The notes below the pieces were generated by a model. It was not told where the DNA came from, searched no databases, and worked only from the letters and a program-made list of their open reading frames with translations. The translations under genes and the position numbers were made by a program. DNA of 64,000 bases from Gammaproteobacteria bacterium (GTDB taxonomy: Bacteria > Pseudomonadota > Gammaproteobacteria > SZUA-152). This document shows positions 8,305-18,601 of this stretch, one piece after another. How positions within the stretch are numbered: the stretch's first letter is position 1; each line of letters begins with the position of its first letter. The stretch covers positions 4,118-68,117 of the forward strand of contig DROS01000019.1 of NCBI GenBank assembly GCA_011321815.1. The letters run 5' to 3'.

Positions 8305-8790
8305 ATGCGTCAAATGAAAACAGTTTTTTTGGTGGGCTTTTTGAGTATGCTTGCCGCAGGGCCGGTGTTGGCAGGTGATTTGTATTTTGGCGTCAAAACA
8401 GGCCCGATGATAGTAGACAGTTCAGTAATAAAAACTGATCCCACCAATGTCGGCGTGCTGATAGGCTATGAGCTGGGCGTGGTTTTGGGCGATCTGGCTG
8501 TGGAGGGTGAGATGACGACAAGCACGAGTGATGGTGAGTTCAAAGGTGGTTTTGGTAAATTTGATCTGGATACCATCGCAGCCTATTTGGCTTTCCGCTC
8601 GGCGGGCCCAATTTATTTTAAAGCCAAGGGTGGTTTTTTGCAGGTCGATGATGGTAGTGGTTCAGATACGGGAGTGTCATATGGTATCGGTGTCGGTTTG
8701 GGGATTGGTATCGCTCAAGTGGAGCTGGAATATACCCAGACTGCTGTTGATTCCGATCTTGCATTTGTGAGCGCAGGCGTGCAATTCTGA
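8305..8790 (+). CDS. Small outer-membrane beta-barrel protein of the OmpA-like transmembrane-domain / OmpW-opacity family.
   Basis: An ATG at 8305 follows AAAGGTGA. The signal peptide is MRQMKTVFLVGFLSMLAAGPVLA. The protein is Gly/Tyr-rich with alternating strands and ends ...SAGVQF. Confidence 0.6.
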   Translation: MRQMKTVFLVGFLSMLAAGPVLAGDLYFGVKTGPMIVDSSVIKTDPTNVGVLIGYELGVVLGDLAVEGEMTTSTSDGEFKGGFGKFDLDTIAAYLAFRSAGPIYFKAKGGFLQVDDGSGSDTGVSYGIGVGLGIGIAQVELEYTQTAVDSDLAFVSAGVQF

Positions 8791-8817
8791 CCGGCGGTAA
8801 ATATTTTGGTAGACCAA

Positions 8818-8849
8818 GCCCCCGGCAATTGCCGGGGGCTTTTGTTTTT
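8818..8849. terminator. Rho-independent terminator with stem gcccccggc-aatt-gccgggggc followed by TTTTGTTTTT. It sits between the OMP gene and the convergent lysR-type gene.
   Basis: A perfect 9-bp stem and a T-run are visible in the sequence. Confidence 0.65.
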
Positions 8850-9729
8850 ATGGGCTGCTTTTATTCATCGACTGAAGCGTGTCAATCATCGCACTTGCCG
8901 CATTCGACAGGGTGCGCGCCTGATGATATACAACCCCCAGTTGACGGACCAGCTTTATCCCGCGTATTTTCAATGCAAGCAGTTCTCCGTTCAGCATGCT
9001 GCGTGGTAACACCGACCAGCCCAGCCCCACTCCTACCATCATTTTGATGGTTTCAAGATAATTTGTGGTCATGCCTGCGCCGAGTTTTCCTCCTGCCTGG
9101 ACAACACTGCGCTCCAGTAATTGCCGGGTGTAAGTGCCTGGTGAGGGCAGGATTGCCGGGTGTGCTGCGAGCTGTTGAAAACCGAGCCTGGATTTTTTGG
9201 CCAAGGGGTGCTCGCGGGCCACAACAATGTCCAGCGGGTCCGGCCAGATGAGTTCGCTTTTTAAGTCCGCAAGTGGTTCCAGGGGCAGGGTGACAATGCC
9301 CAATTCGAGATCACCCGTTTGTACCGCCCGGCAGGCCGCTTCGGAATCCATAAACTGCAAATCCAATGCCACGTCAGGGTAGGTCTTGCTGAACCGCCGA
9401 AGCACGGGCGGTAAACGATGCAGGCCAATATGGTGGCTGGTGCCAATACTCAGTTGCCCGGCTACTGTGCCAGTGAGATTGGAAATCAGCCGGCGACTGT
9501 CTTCGATTTCATGCAGGATAGCTCTGGCGCGCGGCAGTAATGCACGCCCCGCTTCGGTAAGACTGACGCGACGGGCAATACGGTCAAACAGTGCTGCGCC
9601 CAGCTCGGCCTCTAAAGTCGCCACCCGTTTGCTGACCGCAGGCTGGGTAAGATAGAGCTGCTCGGCGGCAAGCGAAAAAGACTTCAGTTCCGCAGCAACA
9701 ATGAAGGTGTGCAGGTTGGCAGTGTCCAT
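8848..9729 (-). CDS. LysR-family transcriptional regulator, divergent from leuC.
   Basis: The N-terminal HTH is LHTFIVAAELKSFSLAAEQLYLTQPAVSKRVATLE, followed by a LysR substrate-binding domain. The ORF track starts at 9747. The second Met at 9729 gives a canonical LysR N-terminus. Confidence 0.85.
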   Translation of the reverse strand: MDTANLHTFIVAAELKSFSLAAEQLYLTQPAVSKRVATLEAELGAALFDRIARRVSLTEAGRALLPRARAILHEIEDSRRLISNLTGTVAGQLSIGTSHHIGLHRLPPVLRRFSKTYPDVALDLQFMDSEAACRAVQTGDLELGIVTLPLEPLADLKSELIWPDPLDIVVAREHPLAKKSRLGFQQLAAHPAILPSPGTYTRQLLERSVVQAGGKLGAGMTTNYLETIKMMVGVGLGWSVLPRSMLNGELLALKIRGIKLVRQLGVVYHQARTLSNAASAMIDTLQSMNKSSP

Positions 9730-9745
9730 GGGAATAGTTTTATCC

Positions 9746-9760
9746 ATTCCTTTATGGAAT
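9746..9760. promoter_or_regulatory. Perfect palindrome ATTCC-TTTAT-GGAAT matching the T-N11-A pattern. It is a candidate LysR-type autoregulatory / leuC control site.
   Basis: It lies in the lysR-leuC divergent spacer just upstream of the lysR start. LysR boxes typically have the form T-N11-A. Confidence 0.35.
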
Positions 9761-9870
9761 GCAAATCAATAAAAAACAGAATTGTTGTTATTTTCCGGCT
9801 GGGCTAGAATTTCCTCCGGCAGTATTGAACGAAGAACTGAAACAAAGCGGGAAGAACTGAGGAAAAAGCA

Positions 9871-11295
9871 ATGGCTGGCAAAACCCTTTACGACAAATTG
9901 TGGGACGCGCATGTAGTGCGTACTCAGGACGACGGTACCTGTCTGCTTTATATTGACCGGCATTTGGTACACGAGGTGACTTCGCCGCAAGCCTTTGAGG
10001 GGTTGCGTTTGGCGGGCCGCAAACCGTGGCGGGTGGATGCCAACCTTGCCACACCGGATCATAACGTACCCACCACACCACCGGAAAAGGGTGGGCGGGC
10101 GCAGGGTATCGTCGATCCTGTGGCGCGTTTGCAGGTGGAAACACTGGACAATAATTGCGATGAATTTGGCATTACCGAATTCAAAATGGATGACATCCGC
10201 CAGGGCATCGTGCACGTCATCAGCCCTGAACAGGGTGCAACGTTGCCGGGCATGACCCTGGTGTGTGGTGATTCGCATACCTCTACCCATGGTGCATTGG
10301 GTGCGCTGGCGCACGGTATTGGCACTTCCGAGGTGGAGCATGTATTGGCCACGCAATGCCTGATTCAGCGCAAGTCAAAAAACATGTTGGTGAGCATTGA
10401 TGGTGCGGTAGGCCCAGGTGTGACGGCCAAAGACATCGTACTGGCCATCATCGGCAGGATCGGCACCGCAGGTGGCACCGGTTATGCCATCGAATTTGGT
10501 GGTGAAGGTATTCGTGATCTTTCCATTGAGGGCCGCATGACCGTGTGCAACATGGCCATTGAAGGTGGTGCGCGTGCGGGCATGGTGGCCGTGGATCAAA
10601 AGACGATTGATTATGTGAAGGGGCGTCCCTATGCGCCGACAGGGGGATTATGGGAGGCAGCGGTGAGCGCATGGCATGAATTGCATTCGGATGACGACGC
10701 ACAGTTTGATCATGTGGTGCGTATTAATGGTGCGGATATTCAGCCGCAGATCACCTGGGGAACATCACCGGAAATGGTGGTTCCTGTGGATGGCCGGGTG
10801 CCTGATCCGGCACAGGAAAGTGATGCGGTAAAAGCGGATGGTATGCAGGCCGCGCTGGCTTACATGGGGCTGGAAGCCAATACGCCGATTAACGAAATCA
10901 GTATTGATAAAGCCTTCATCGGTTCCTGTACCAACTCGCGTATTGAAGATTTGCGTGCGGCAGCCATGGTCGCCAAAGGACGCAAGGTGGCGGACAACGT
11001 GAAGCTGGCCATGGTGGTGCCGGGTTCCGGCTTGGTGAAAGCACAAGCGGAAAAAGAAGGTCTTGATAAGATTTTTACCGATGCCGGTTTTGAATGGCGC
11101 GAGCCGGGTTGCTCCATGTGTCTGGCCATGAATGCCGACAGACTGGAACCGGGTGAGCGTTGTGCCTCCACCTCGAACCGAAACTTTGAAGGGCGGCAGG
11201 GGCAGGGGGGACGCACGCATCTGGTGAGCCCGGCCATGGCAGCAGCGGCAGCGGTTATGGGGCATTTTGTGGATGTAAGAGGACTTGATATTTAA
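9871..11295 (+). CDS. leuC: 3-isopropylmalate dehydratase large subunit.
   Basis: This is the aconitase-family LeuC. The N-terminus is [16 protein letters not shown], the protein is 474 aa, and leuD and leuB follow. Confidence 0.95.
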   Translation: MAGKTLYDKLWDAHVVRTQDDGTCLLYIDRHLVHEVTSPQAFEGLRLAGRKPWRVDANLATPDHNVPTTPPEKGGRAQGIVDPVARLQVETLDNNCDEFGITEFKMDDIRQGIVHVISPEQGATLPGMTLVCGDSHTSTHGALGALAHGIGTSEVEHVLATQCLIQRKSKNMLVSIDGAVGPGVTAKDIVLAIIGRIGTAGGTGYAIEFGGEGIRDLSIEGRMTVCNMAIEGGARAGMVAVDQKTIDYVKGRPYAPTGGLWEAAVSAWHELHSDDDAQFDHVVRINGADIQPQITWGTSPEMVVPVDGRVPDPAQESDAVKADGMQAALAYMGLEANTPINEISIDKAFIGSCTNSRIEDLRAAAMVAKGRKVADNVKLAMVVPGSGLVKAQAEKEGLDKIFTDAGFEWREPGCSMCLAMNADRLEPGERCASTSNRNFEGRQGQGGRTHLVSPAMAAAAAVMGHFVDVRGLDI

Positions 11296-11393
11296 CGCAA
11301 AGGGCGCAGAAGCGCAAAGGACGCAAAGATTTTATTGTTTTAGAGTCTTTTCTTAGCGTACTTTGCGTCTTTGCGAGCTTGCGTTTCTAACGC
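11293..11393. repeat. Intergenic palindromic element, copy a (leuC-leuD spacer). The left arm is TAACGCAAAGGGCGCAGAAGCGCAAAGGACGCAAAG. The right arm is CTTTGCGTCTTTGCGAGCTTGCGTTTCTAACGC.
   Basis: The imperfect ~34-bp inverted arms are visible in the sequence. The element belongs to the same family as copies b and c. Confidence 0.6.
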
Positions 11394-11405
11394 GGAGTTT
11401 GAACA

Positions 11406-12041
11406 ATGGAAAAATTTTCGAAAATAACAGGCATCGTGGCACCCATGGATCGTTCCAACGTGGATACCGATGCCATTATTCCCAAACAGTTTTTGAAGTC
11501 CATCAAGCGTTCGGGGTTTGGTCCCAACCTGTTTGATGAGTGGCGCTATCTTGATCATGGTGAGCCGGGTATGGATAACAGTATTCGGCCATTGAACCCG
11601 GACTTTGTGCTCAACCAGCCGCGTTATCAGGGAGCGAGCATTTTATTGGCGCGAGAGAATTTTGGCTGTGGCTCCTCGCGCGAACATGCTCCTTGGGCAT
11701 TGCTTGATTACGGCTTTCGCGTCATCATCGCGCCTGGTTACGCGGACATTTTTTTCAACAACTGTTTCAAGAACGGTATTCTGCCCATTGTGCTTGATGC
11801 ACAGGTAGTGGACAGATTATTTCAGGCTGTGGCGGCTAACGAGGGCTATGCGTTAGGTGTTGACCTTGAAGCGCAGACCATCATCACGCCGGATGGCAAG
11901 AACATTACTTTTGATGTGGAAGAATTTCGTAAACATTGTTTGTTGAACGGGCTGGATGATATTGGGCTGACTTTGCAACATGTGAACGACATTCGTGCTT
12001 ATGAGGCACGGCGTAGTGCAGAAGCGCCGTGGTTGTTTTGA
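11406..12041 (+). CDS. leuD: 3-isopropylmalate dehydratase small subunit.
   Basis: The protein is 211 aa and matches the LeuD family. It sits between leuC and leuB. Confidence 0.95.
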   Translation: MEKFSKITGIVAPMDRSNVDTDAIIPKQFLKSIKRSGFGPNLFDEWRYLDHGEPGMDNSIRPLNPDFVLNQPRYQGASILLARENFGCGSSREHAPWALLDYGFRVIIAPGYADIFFNNCFKNGILPIVLDAQVVDRLFQAVAANEGYALGVDLEAQTIITPDGKNITFDVEEFRKHCLLNGLDDIGLTLQHVNDIRAYEARRSAEAPWLF

Positions 12042-12051
12042 AAAGAGTATA

Positions 12052-12144
12052 TAAACGCAGAGGATACGGGGGCGCAGAGACGCAAGGTTTTTTTGAATTG
12101 CTTTCTCTGTGCCTCCGTGTCTCTGCGGTCTCTGCGTTAAATAC
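12052..12144. repeat. Intergenic palindromic element, copy b (leuD-leuB spacer). It uses CGCAGAG / CTCTGCG arms in place of CGCAAAG / CTTTGCG. Its ends are TAAACGCAG... and ...TGCGTTAAATAC.
   Basis: Visible in the sequence. The arm substitutions are compensatory and preserve pairing. Confidence 0.6.
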
Positions 12145-12157
12145 TGGAGTTGGATAA

Positions 12158-13225
12158 ATGAAAAAGATTGCAATTTTACCTGGTGATGGTATCGGCCCCG
12201 AGATTGTTGCTGAAGCAGTAAAGGTGCTGGAGTGTTTGCGTGCCGATGGTCTTGATATCGAAATGAATGAAGCTCCTGTCGGTGGTGCCGGTTACGAAGC
12301 CAGCGGCAAGCCATTACCCGATGATACGCTGGCGCTGGCCAAAGAGGCCGATGCAATTCTGCTGGGCGCGGTGGGTGGTTATCAGTGGGAATCACTGGAC
12401 ATCAGTGTACGTCCAGAAAAAGGACTGCTGGGTTTGCGGTCAGAGCTGGAGCTGTTTTCCAACCTGCGTCCTGCAATTCTTTACAAACAGTTGGCCGATG
12501 CCTCCACACTGAAGCCGGAAGTGGTTGCCGGACTGGACATTATGATCGTACGTGAACTCACCGGCGGTATTTATTTTGGTCAACCGCGTGGTGTGCGTAC
12601 TCTCGATAACGGTGAGAGACAGGGTTTTAACACGCTGGTTTATTCCGAGTCCGAGATCGAACGCATCGGACGCTCTGCTTTTGATATCGCCATGAAACGC
12701 GGCAAAAAAATCTGTTCTGTGGACAAGGCCAATGTGTTGGAATGCACGGAACTGTGGCGTGACGTGATGGAACATGTGGCCAAAGACTATCCCGAAGTGG
12801 CGTTGTCACACATGTATGTGGACAACGCGGCAATGCAGCTGGTGCGCGCCCCCAAACAATTTGATGTGATGGTCACCACCAACATGTTTGGGGATATTCT
12901 TTCTGATTGCGCCGCCATGTTGACGGGGTCTATTGGTATGCTGCCCTCGGCCTCGTTGGATGCCAATGGCAAAGGTATGTATGAACCCATTCATGGTTCG
13001 GCTCCCGATATTGCCGGGCAGAACGTGGCTAATCCACTGGCGACGATTTTATCCGTGGCGATGATGCTACGTTATTCACTGAATGAAAGTGCGATGGCAG
13101 ACCGTATTGAAAAAGCCGTTGAAAGTGTGTTGGATCAGGGGTTGCGTACGGCAGATATTTACAGTGATGGCATGCAAAAAGTGAGCACCAGTGAAATGGG
13201 CGATGCAGTCGTATCGGCTTTATAA
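12158..13225 (+). CDS. leuB: 3-isopropylmalate dehydrogenase.
   Basis: The N-terminus [17 protein letters not shown] and a length of 355 aa fit LeuB. Confidence 0.95.
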   Translation: MKKIAILPGDGIGPEIVAEAVKVLECLRADGLDIEMNEAPVGGAGYEASGKPLPDDTLALAKEADAILLGAVGGYQWESLDISVRPEKGLLGLRSELELFSNLRPAILYKQLADASTLKPEVVAGLDIMIVRELTGGIYFGQPRGVRTLDNGERQGFNTLVYSESEIERIGRSAFDIAMKRGKKICSVDKANVLECTELWRDVMEHVAKDYPEVALSHMYVDNAAMQLVRAPKQFDVMVTTNMFGDILSDCAAMLTGSIGMLPSASLDANGKGMYEPIHGSAPDIAGQNVANPLATILSVAMMLRYSLNESAMADRIEKAVESVLDQGLRTADIYSDGMQKVSTSEMGDAVVSAL

Positions 13226-13237
13226 AGCGCGATGTTG

Positions 13238-13330
13238 TAAACGCAAAGGACGCTGAGACGCAAAGAACACAAAGTTTTTTGTTCTTTTTCTTTGCGCCCT
13301 CTGCGCCTTTGCGAACTTTGCGTTAAATAC
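13238..13330. repeat. Intergenic palindromic element, copy c (leuB-asd spacer). Its ends are TAAACGCAAAGGACGCTGAGACGCAAAG and CTTTGCGCCCTCTGCGCCTTTGCGAACTTTGCGTTAAATAC.
   Basis: Visible in the sequence. It shares termini with copies a and b. Confidence 0.6.
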
Positions 13331-13360
13331 TCAATATCAAAAAAAGCAGGTAATGGAAAA

Positions 13361-14473
13361 ATGAAAAAAGTCGGATTAATCGGTTGGCGCGGCATGGTGG
13401 GTTCAGTGCTCATGCAACGTATGCGCGATGAGAAAGATTTTGACCTCATCGAGCCGGTGTTTTTTACCACGTCACAAACCGGACAACCAGGCCCGGACAT
13501 CGGTAAAGATGTACCGTTATTAAAGGATGCAAAATCCATTAATGAGCTGCAAGCAATGGATGTCATCATTACCTGTCAGGGCGGCGGTTATACTGAAGAT
13601 ATCTATCCGCAGTTACGCAAGGCGGGGTGGGGGGGGTACTGGATTGATGCCGCTTCTACGCTGCGCATGAAAGATGATGCCATTATTGTGCTTGATCCGG
13701 TGAATCTCGATGTTATCAAAAACGGCCTGGCCAACGGCACTAAAACCTTTGTCGGTGGCAACTGCACTGTAAGCCTGATGTTAATGGCCATTGGCGGGCT
13801 GTTTGAAAATGATCTGGTGGAATGGATTTCACCCATGACTTATCAGGCGGCTTCTGGTGCTGGCGCGCAGAACATGCGGGAACTGATCCGGCAGATGGGT
13901 GCGATCAATGATTCGGTCAAAGACCTTAACGAAGACCCTGCTGCCGTAATACTGGACATCGACAAAACACTGGCCGGTTTTTTGCGTTCTGACAACTACC
14001 CCAAAGACAACTGGGGAGTGCCGTTGGCGGGCAGTCTGATCCCCTGGCTGGACTCCCCGCTGGACAGTGGTCAGACCCGCGAGGAATGGAAAGCCGAGGT
14101 GGAGACCAACAAAATTCTTGGCCGTACTGATAACGTCATTCCCGTCGACGGTATCTGTGTGCGTATTGGCGCCATGCGTTGCCACAGCCAGGCATTGACC
14201 ATCAAATTGAAGAAAGATGCACCACTGGATGAAATTTATCATATGCTGGCACAGGCAAACGATTGGGTGAAAGTCGTACCCAATGATCGTGAGGCCACGG
14301 TGAAAGATCTGACTCCTGCCGCCGTTACCGGTACGTTGACAGTACCCGTGGGGCGGTTGCGCAAACTCACCATGGGTAATGATTATCTATCTGCCTTTAC
14401 GGTGGGCGATCAGTTGTTATGGGGTGCAGCGGAACCTTTACGTCGTATGTTGCGGCTGTTGTTGGCAACATGA
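13361..14473 (+). CDS. asd: Aspartate-semialdehyde dehydrogenase.
   Basis: The N-terminus [21 protein letters not shown] matches Asd, and the protein is about 371 aa from the ATG at 13361. The ORF track starts earlier, inside the repeat element. Confidence 0.9.
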   Translation: MKKVGLIGWRGMVGSVLMQRMRDEKDFDLIEPVFFTTSQTGQPGPDIGKDVPLLKDAKSINELQAMDVIITCQGGGYTEDIYPQLRKAGWGGYWIDAASTLRMKDDAIIVLDPVNLDVIKNGLANGTKTFVGGNCTVSLMLMAIGGLFENDLVEWISPMTYQAASGAGAQNMRELIRQMGAINDSVKDLNEDPAAVILDIDKTLAGFLRSDNYPKDNWGVPLAGSLIPWLDSPLDSGQTREEWKAEVETNKILGRTDNVIPVDGICVRIGAMRCHSQALTIKLKKDAPLDEIYHMLAQANDWVKVVPNDREATVKDLTPAAVTGTLTVPVGRLRKLTMGNDYLSAFTVGDQLLWGAAEPLRRMLRLLLAT

Positions 14474-14536
14474 AGGAACGCGCACGTTTCTTAGTAAACT
14501 CGATGTTAATGGCATAAATATTGGATCATAAAAATT

Positions 14537-15571
14537 GTGAGTAAAACGTTTAATGTGGCTGTAGTGGGCGCAACCGGTCTGGTGGGTGAGGCCCTTGTAT
14601 CATTTCTGGAGGAACGTGATTTTCCTGTAGGTGATTTTTTTCCATTGGCAAGCATGCGTACAGCCGGGAAAAAGGTGGCGCTGGGCGGTAAGTATCACAC
14701 CGTGAAGGATGTGGCGGATTTTGATTTTTCACAAGCTGATATTGTCGTGTTTTGCGCGAGTGATGAGGTTTCTGCGGAATATGTACCGCGCGCTACTGCG
14801 GCGGGTTGTATGGTGGTTGATACCTCCGCACAGTTTGTGGATGACGATGATGTGCCGCTGGTGATTCCTGAAGTGAATCCACAGGCAATTACTGGTTATG
14901 TTCATCGTAAGGGGCGGCGCAATATTATTTCCAGTCCTGACAGTTCAACAATACAAATGCTGGTTGCTCTCAAACCCATTTATGATGTTGTTGGCATTGA
15001 GCGTATAAATGTGGTTAGTTATCAGGCAGTGACAGCATCAGGCAAATCCGGGATGGATGAACTTGCCAGCCAGACAATTGCCCTGTTGAATATGCAGGAC
15101 GCTAAACGTAAAATGTTCCCGCAGCAGATTGCCTTTAATGTTTTACCGCAAGTCACGGTTGCTGAAGAAAATGGTTACTTGTCCTGCGAAATGGAAATGC
15201 TGCGGGCAACGCAAAAAATTCTTGCTGATGGTGACATTTTTATCAACCCGACTACGGTGCAGGCCCCCGTGTTTTTCGGCCACTCCCAGGCAGTGCATGT
15301 GGAGACTGGCGCAAAACTGGGTGTAGACGAGGCGCGGGATCTGTTACGACAGGCCCCAGGGGTGGAGCTGCTGGATGATGATGAGCCCGGCAATTCGCCC
15401 ACGGCTGTCACACATGCGGCGGGTGAGGACGCAGTATTTGTAGGTCGTGTCCGTGAAGATATTTCTCATCCTTGTGGTTTAAATTTGTGGGTAGTTGCCG
15501 ATAATGTGCGCAAAGGGGCGGCGCTGAATTGTGTGCAAATCCTTGAGCTGTTGGTAAAAGAGGGCTTGTAA
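14537..15571 (+). CDS. usg: Asd paralogue, an aspartate-semialdehyde dehydrogenase-like protein of the USG-1 family.
   Basis: It has the NAD-binding N-terminus VAVVGATGLVGEALV and a GTG start. It sits in the asd - usg - fimV - truA position seen in pseudomonads. Confidence 0.75.
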   Translation: MSKTFNVAVVGATGLVGEALVSFLEERDFPVGDFFPLASMRTAGKKVALGGKYHTVKDVADFDFSQADIVVFCASDEVSAEYVPRATAAGCMVVDTSAQFVDDDDVPLVIPEVNPQAITGYVHRKGRRNIISSPDSSTIQMLVALKPIYDVVGIERINVVSYQAVTASGKSGMDELASQTIALLNMQDAKRKMFPQQIAFNVLPQVTVAEENGYLSCEMEMLRATQKILADGDIFINPTTVQAPVFFGHSQAVHVETGAKLGVDEARDLLRQAPGVELLDDDEPGNSPTAVTHAAGEDAVFVGRVREDISHPCGLNLWVVADNVRKGAALNCVQILELLVKEGL

Positions 15572-15708
15572 GCTATAGTTGCTTCTGATTCTTTGCTCTA
15601 ATTGCCTAATATTTCTAAACAATTCCTATAGGTTGCCGATGCTGTAGTGGGTTTCCTAGATATGGGGAATCAGCAGGCAGGCTGAATAACTAAAAAACGG
15701 GAGTAACT

Positions 15709-18291
15709 ATGAGTAAGCTATCGGCACCGGATACGCTATTTGCACCGGCAAAACGATTGGCACCGGCCATGGCCATTTTGGCAATAATGATGTTGATTCC
15801 AGCACTGGGACACGCGCTGGGGCTGGGTAACATTGTGATGAAGTCGGCACTCAACCAGCCTCTGGATGCGCAGATAGAGCTGCTGTCAGTACAGAAAGGC
15901 GATCTGAACAATCTGACAGTCAAGCTGGGTTCAGTGGAAGATTTTCAACGTGTTGGCGCTGACCGTGCTTTCTTTCTTACCAATATCAATTTCGAGGTCG
16001 TCAGCCGTAAAAATGGTACGGCCTATGTTCGGTTGACGACCACCAAAACTGTTACCGAACCGTTCCTGGATTTTGTGGTTGAGGCCCGCTGGCCGCGCGG
16101 CCGTATTCTGCGTGAATTTACTGTGCTGGTAGACCCGCCGGTATTATCGGATGAAGCCCCTGCCCCAGTACAGCAGGCCGCCGTTGCGGCCCCGGCACAA
16201 CAGGCAGCACCTGCCCGGGCCACACGTCCTGCACCGATTCGTTCCCGTGCAACAATGGCTCCGGTTTCCCATCAGCCCGGTGAGCTGACCTACGGCCCGG
16301 TGCAGTACAACGATACCCTTTATGAAATCGCCCACCAGATGCGCCCCAGTGGCGTCACTGTTGATCAGATGATGCTGGCGCTGGTGCGGAGCAATCCCAA
16401 TGCCTTTTATGGTGGCAATGTGAACCAGCTTAAGGCGGGTTATGTGTTGCGCGTTGACGATATTAATGAGTTATCTGCATTTTCGGCTGCTGAGGCGAAT
16501 GCAGAAGTCAATCGCCAGCATAGTGAATGGCGGGCGCGTAAGAGCGGCAAACTGGTGCGCCAGGCCGATGCAGTGACCGGAGGACGGGTTTCCCGTGGCG
16601 AAGGTACTGGCGCCGGCAGAGCTGGGGATCAGGCCAGTCTCAAGCTGGTTGCCCCTGGTTCCAAGGGCGCGGGCAGTGGCGCGGGCGATGAAGACGTGGA
16701 TCAACTGCGTGAGGACTTGTTGCTGGCCGCCGAGGCGCTGGACGCCAATCGCCAGGAGACGGATGAATTAAAAGCCCGCCTGGCGGAAATGGAAGAGCAA
16801 TTAGAGGCCATGCAACGACTCATCACGCTCAAAGATGATGAAATGAGGTTGTTGCAAGCGCAGGCAGGTATAGAGCCTGAGCCGGTTGAAGCGGAAGTGC
16901 CGGCTGCGGATGCTGCAACGGAAGAAGAACCGGCGGCGGAGGTTCTGGGCGAAGAAGGCGCAGAAGCAGAAGGTGCAGAAGCAGAAACGGAAGTAATTGC
17001 CGAAGAGGAGAAGGCCGCTGCACCCGCACCTGCGGCACCCGTAGCAGAGCCGGGGCTGCTGGATGACCCCATAGTATTGTACGGGGGGCTTGGTGTGTTG
17101 CTGCTCCTGATTATTGCCGCAGTGATCCAACGTCGCCGCAAGATGCAGGATGGCTTTGAGGAAAGCATTCTGAATGTGGGAGACGCGGACGGTAACGCGG
17201 GCGCAACGACAGAATCCATGAATGGCGGTGAAAGCTCCATGGTCAGTGATTTTGCCATGAGTGAAATGAGCGGCATGAGTGGTATCGAGACCGATGCGGC
17301 TGATGTTGATCCTATCTCGGAAGCCGATGTTTATCTGGCCTACGGCCGTCATCAGCAGGCTGAAGATATTCTCAGAGAGGCATTGGAAAAAGAGCCGGAC
17401 CGCCATGAGATCAAACTGAAAATGCTGGAGGTGTTTTTTGCCGCCAAGGATCGTGAATCCTTCGAACAACAGGCACAGGAATTACATGATGCGTTGGGTG
17501 ATGAGTCTGATCCTATGTGGGCCAAGGTTGTCACTATGGGGACGCAATTGTGTCCGGGCAGCGATTTGTTTGGTGGTGATTCCGCTGAAGCGTTAAAAGA
17601 AGACCTGGAAGAAGACGCAGGTACTGGTGATGATGATTTGCTGGACTTCGATTTTGATATTGATGCCGACAATATTGACACCGGTACTGCCACAGGTGAT
17701 GCAGCAACCGATGAAATGTTTGCGGAGCTGGAAGCGGCCACTGGTAGTGATGCCGTTGTAGAAGAGTCACCCGTTGCGACTAATGACGACAACAGCCTCG
17801 ATTTTGATATGGACATGGGCTCTGATGCCGCGGAAACAACAAAAGCTGCGCCAGCAGAGGGGGGTGATAACACCGCTCCTGATGACAACAGCCTGGATTT
17901 TGACGTTTCCTCCCTGGACTTCAACCTGGATGCCGATACTGATGCTGACGGTGAGACGACGGCTACAGCACCAGTGGATGATGATGGCAGCCTGGACTTT
18001 GATCTTGGGGACATTGACGAAACTGTTGTTGATGAAGCTGTCGTTGCAGAAGACTCGATCAGTGGTGTAGAAACTGATGGTGGAATCGAAAATGTAGATG
18101 AGCTTGGCGGCGAGTTAAGCGATGATGTTTTCGGTGAAGTCGATGAAATTGGCACCAAGCTGGATCTGGCCAAAGCTTATGTAGACATGGGGGACGCTGA
18201 TGGTGCACGCAGCATCCTCGAAGAAGTCATGGAAGAAGGGGATGGCACACAGAAGAAACAGGCTGAGGAATTGCTGTCGCAGATTGCCTGA
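15709..18291 (+). CDS. fimV: FimV/HubP-like polar scaffold protein with a LysM domain, a transmembrane segment, a highly acidic repeat region and the FimV C-terminal motif.
   Basis: The LysM segment is YNDTLYEIAHQM...GYVLRV. There are DDNSLDFD acidic repeats. The C-terminus is DLAKAYVDMGDADGARSILEEV. Confidence 0.85.
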   Translation: MSKLSAPDTLFAPAKRLAPAMAILAIMMLIPALGHALGLGNIVMKSALNQPLDAQIELLSVQKGDLNNLTVKLGSVEDFQRVGADRAFFLTNINFEVVSRKNGTAYVRLTTTKTVTEPFLDFVVEARWPRGRILREFTVLVDPPVLSDEAPAPVQQAAVAAPAQQAAPARATRPAPIRSRATMAPVSHQPGELTYGPVQYNDTLYEIAHQMRPSGVTVDQMMLALVRSNPNAFYGGNVNQLKAGYVLRVDDINELSAFSAAEANAEVNRQHSEWRARKSGKLVRQADAVTGGRVSRGEGTGAGRAGDQASLKLVAPGSKGAGSGAGDEDVDQLREDLLLAAEALDANRQETDELKARLAEMEEQLEAMQRLITLKDDEMRLLQAQAGIEPEPVEAEVPAADAATEEEPAAEVLGEEGAEAEGAEAETEVIAEEEKAAAPAPAAPVAEPGLLDDPIVLYGGLGVLLLLIIAAVIQRRRKMQDGFEESILNVGDADGNAGATTESMNGGESSMVSDFAMSEMSGMSGIETDAADVDPISEADVYLAYGRHQQAEDILREALEKEPDRHEIKLKMLEVFFAAKDRESFEQQAQELHDALGDESDPMWAKVVTMGTQLCPGSDLFGGDSAEALKEDLEEDAGTGDDDLLDFDFDIDADNIDTGTATGDAATDEMFAELEAATGSDAVVEESPVATNDDNSLDFDMDMGSDAAETTKAAPAEGGDNTAPDDNSLDFDVSSLDFNLDADTDADGETTATAPVDDDGSLDFDLGDIDETVVDEAVVAEDSISGVETDGGIENVDELGGELSDDVFGEVDEIGTKLDLAKAYVDMGDADGARSILEEVMEEGDGTQKKQAEELLSQIA

Positions 18292-18315
18292 ACCTGAATC
18301 GGGTAATCATAAAAA

Positions 18316-18346
18316 GGCGCAGACCGGCAGGTCTGCGCCTTTTTTG
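18316..18346 (+). terminator. Rho-independent terminator after fimV, with stem ggcgcagacc-ggca-ggtctgcgcc followed by TTTTTTG.
   Basis: A perfect 10-bp stem and a T-run are visible in the sequence. Confidence 0.75.
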
Positions 18347-18601
18347 TGCAGCGCGAGTACTTGCAGGATTCAGATTGAAATGTGAATCAAGGACTGAAAA
18401 TGCTCCAGCCAAAAACCGGAAAAACCAACACAGAGGCGCGAAGGTGCGAAGGATGCCATGTTTTTTTAAGGCTAAATTCCAAAAAGTCTTTTAGATTCGG
18501 TGCCATAGGCGTTCGCAGTAGATTCAACTGCGGTTTTTAGGTTTAAGTTTAGCTGGGGGAGTTTCACATTCAGCGTTTGATTCATATTAAAATACATCCC
18601 C

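Noticed and set aside
16701-18173. Long antisense ORFs (191, 222 and 273 aa) inside fimV.
   Set aside because: The region is GC-rich, acidic-repeat coding DNA where stop codons are rare in the other frames. FimV on the plus strand explains the region completely.
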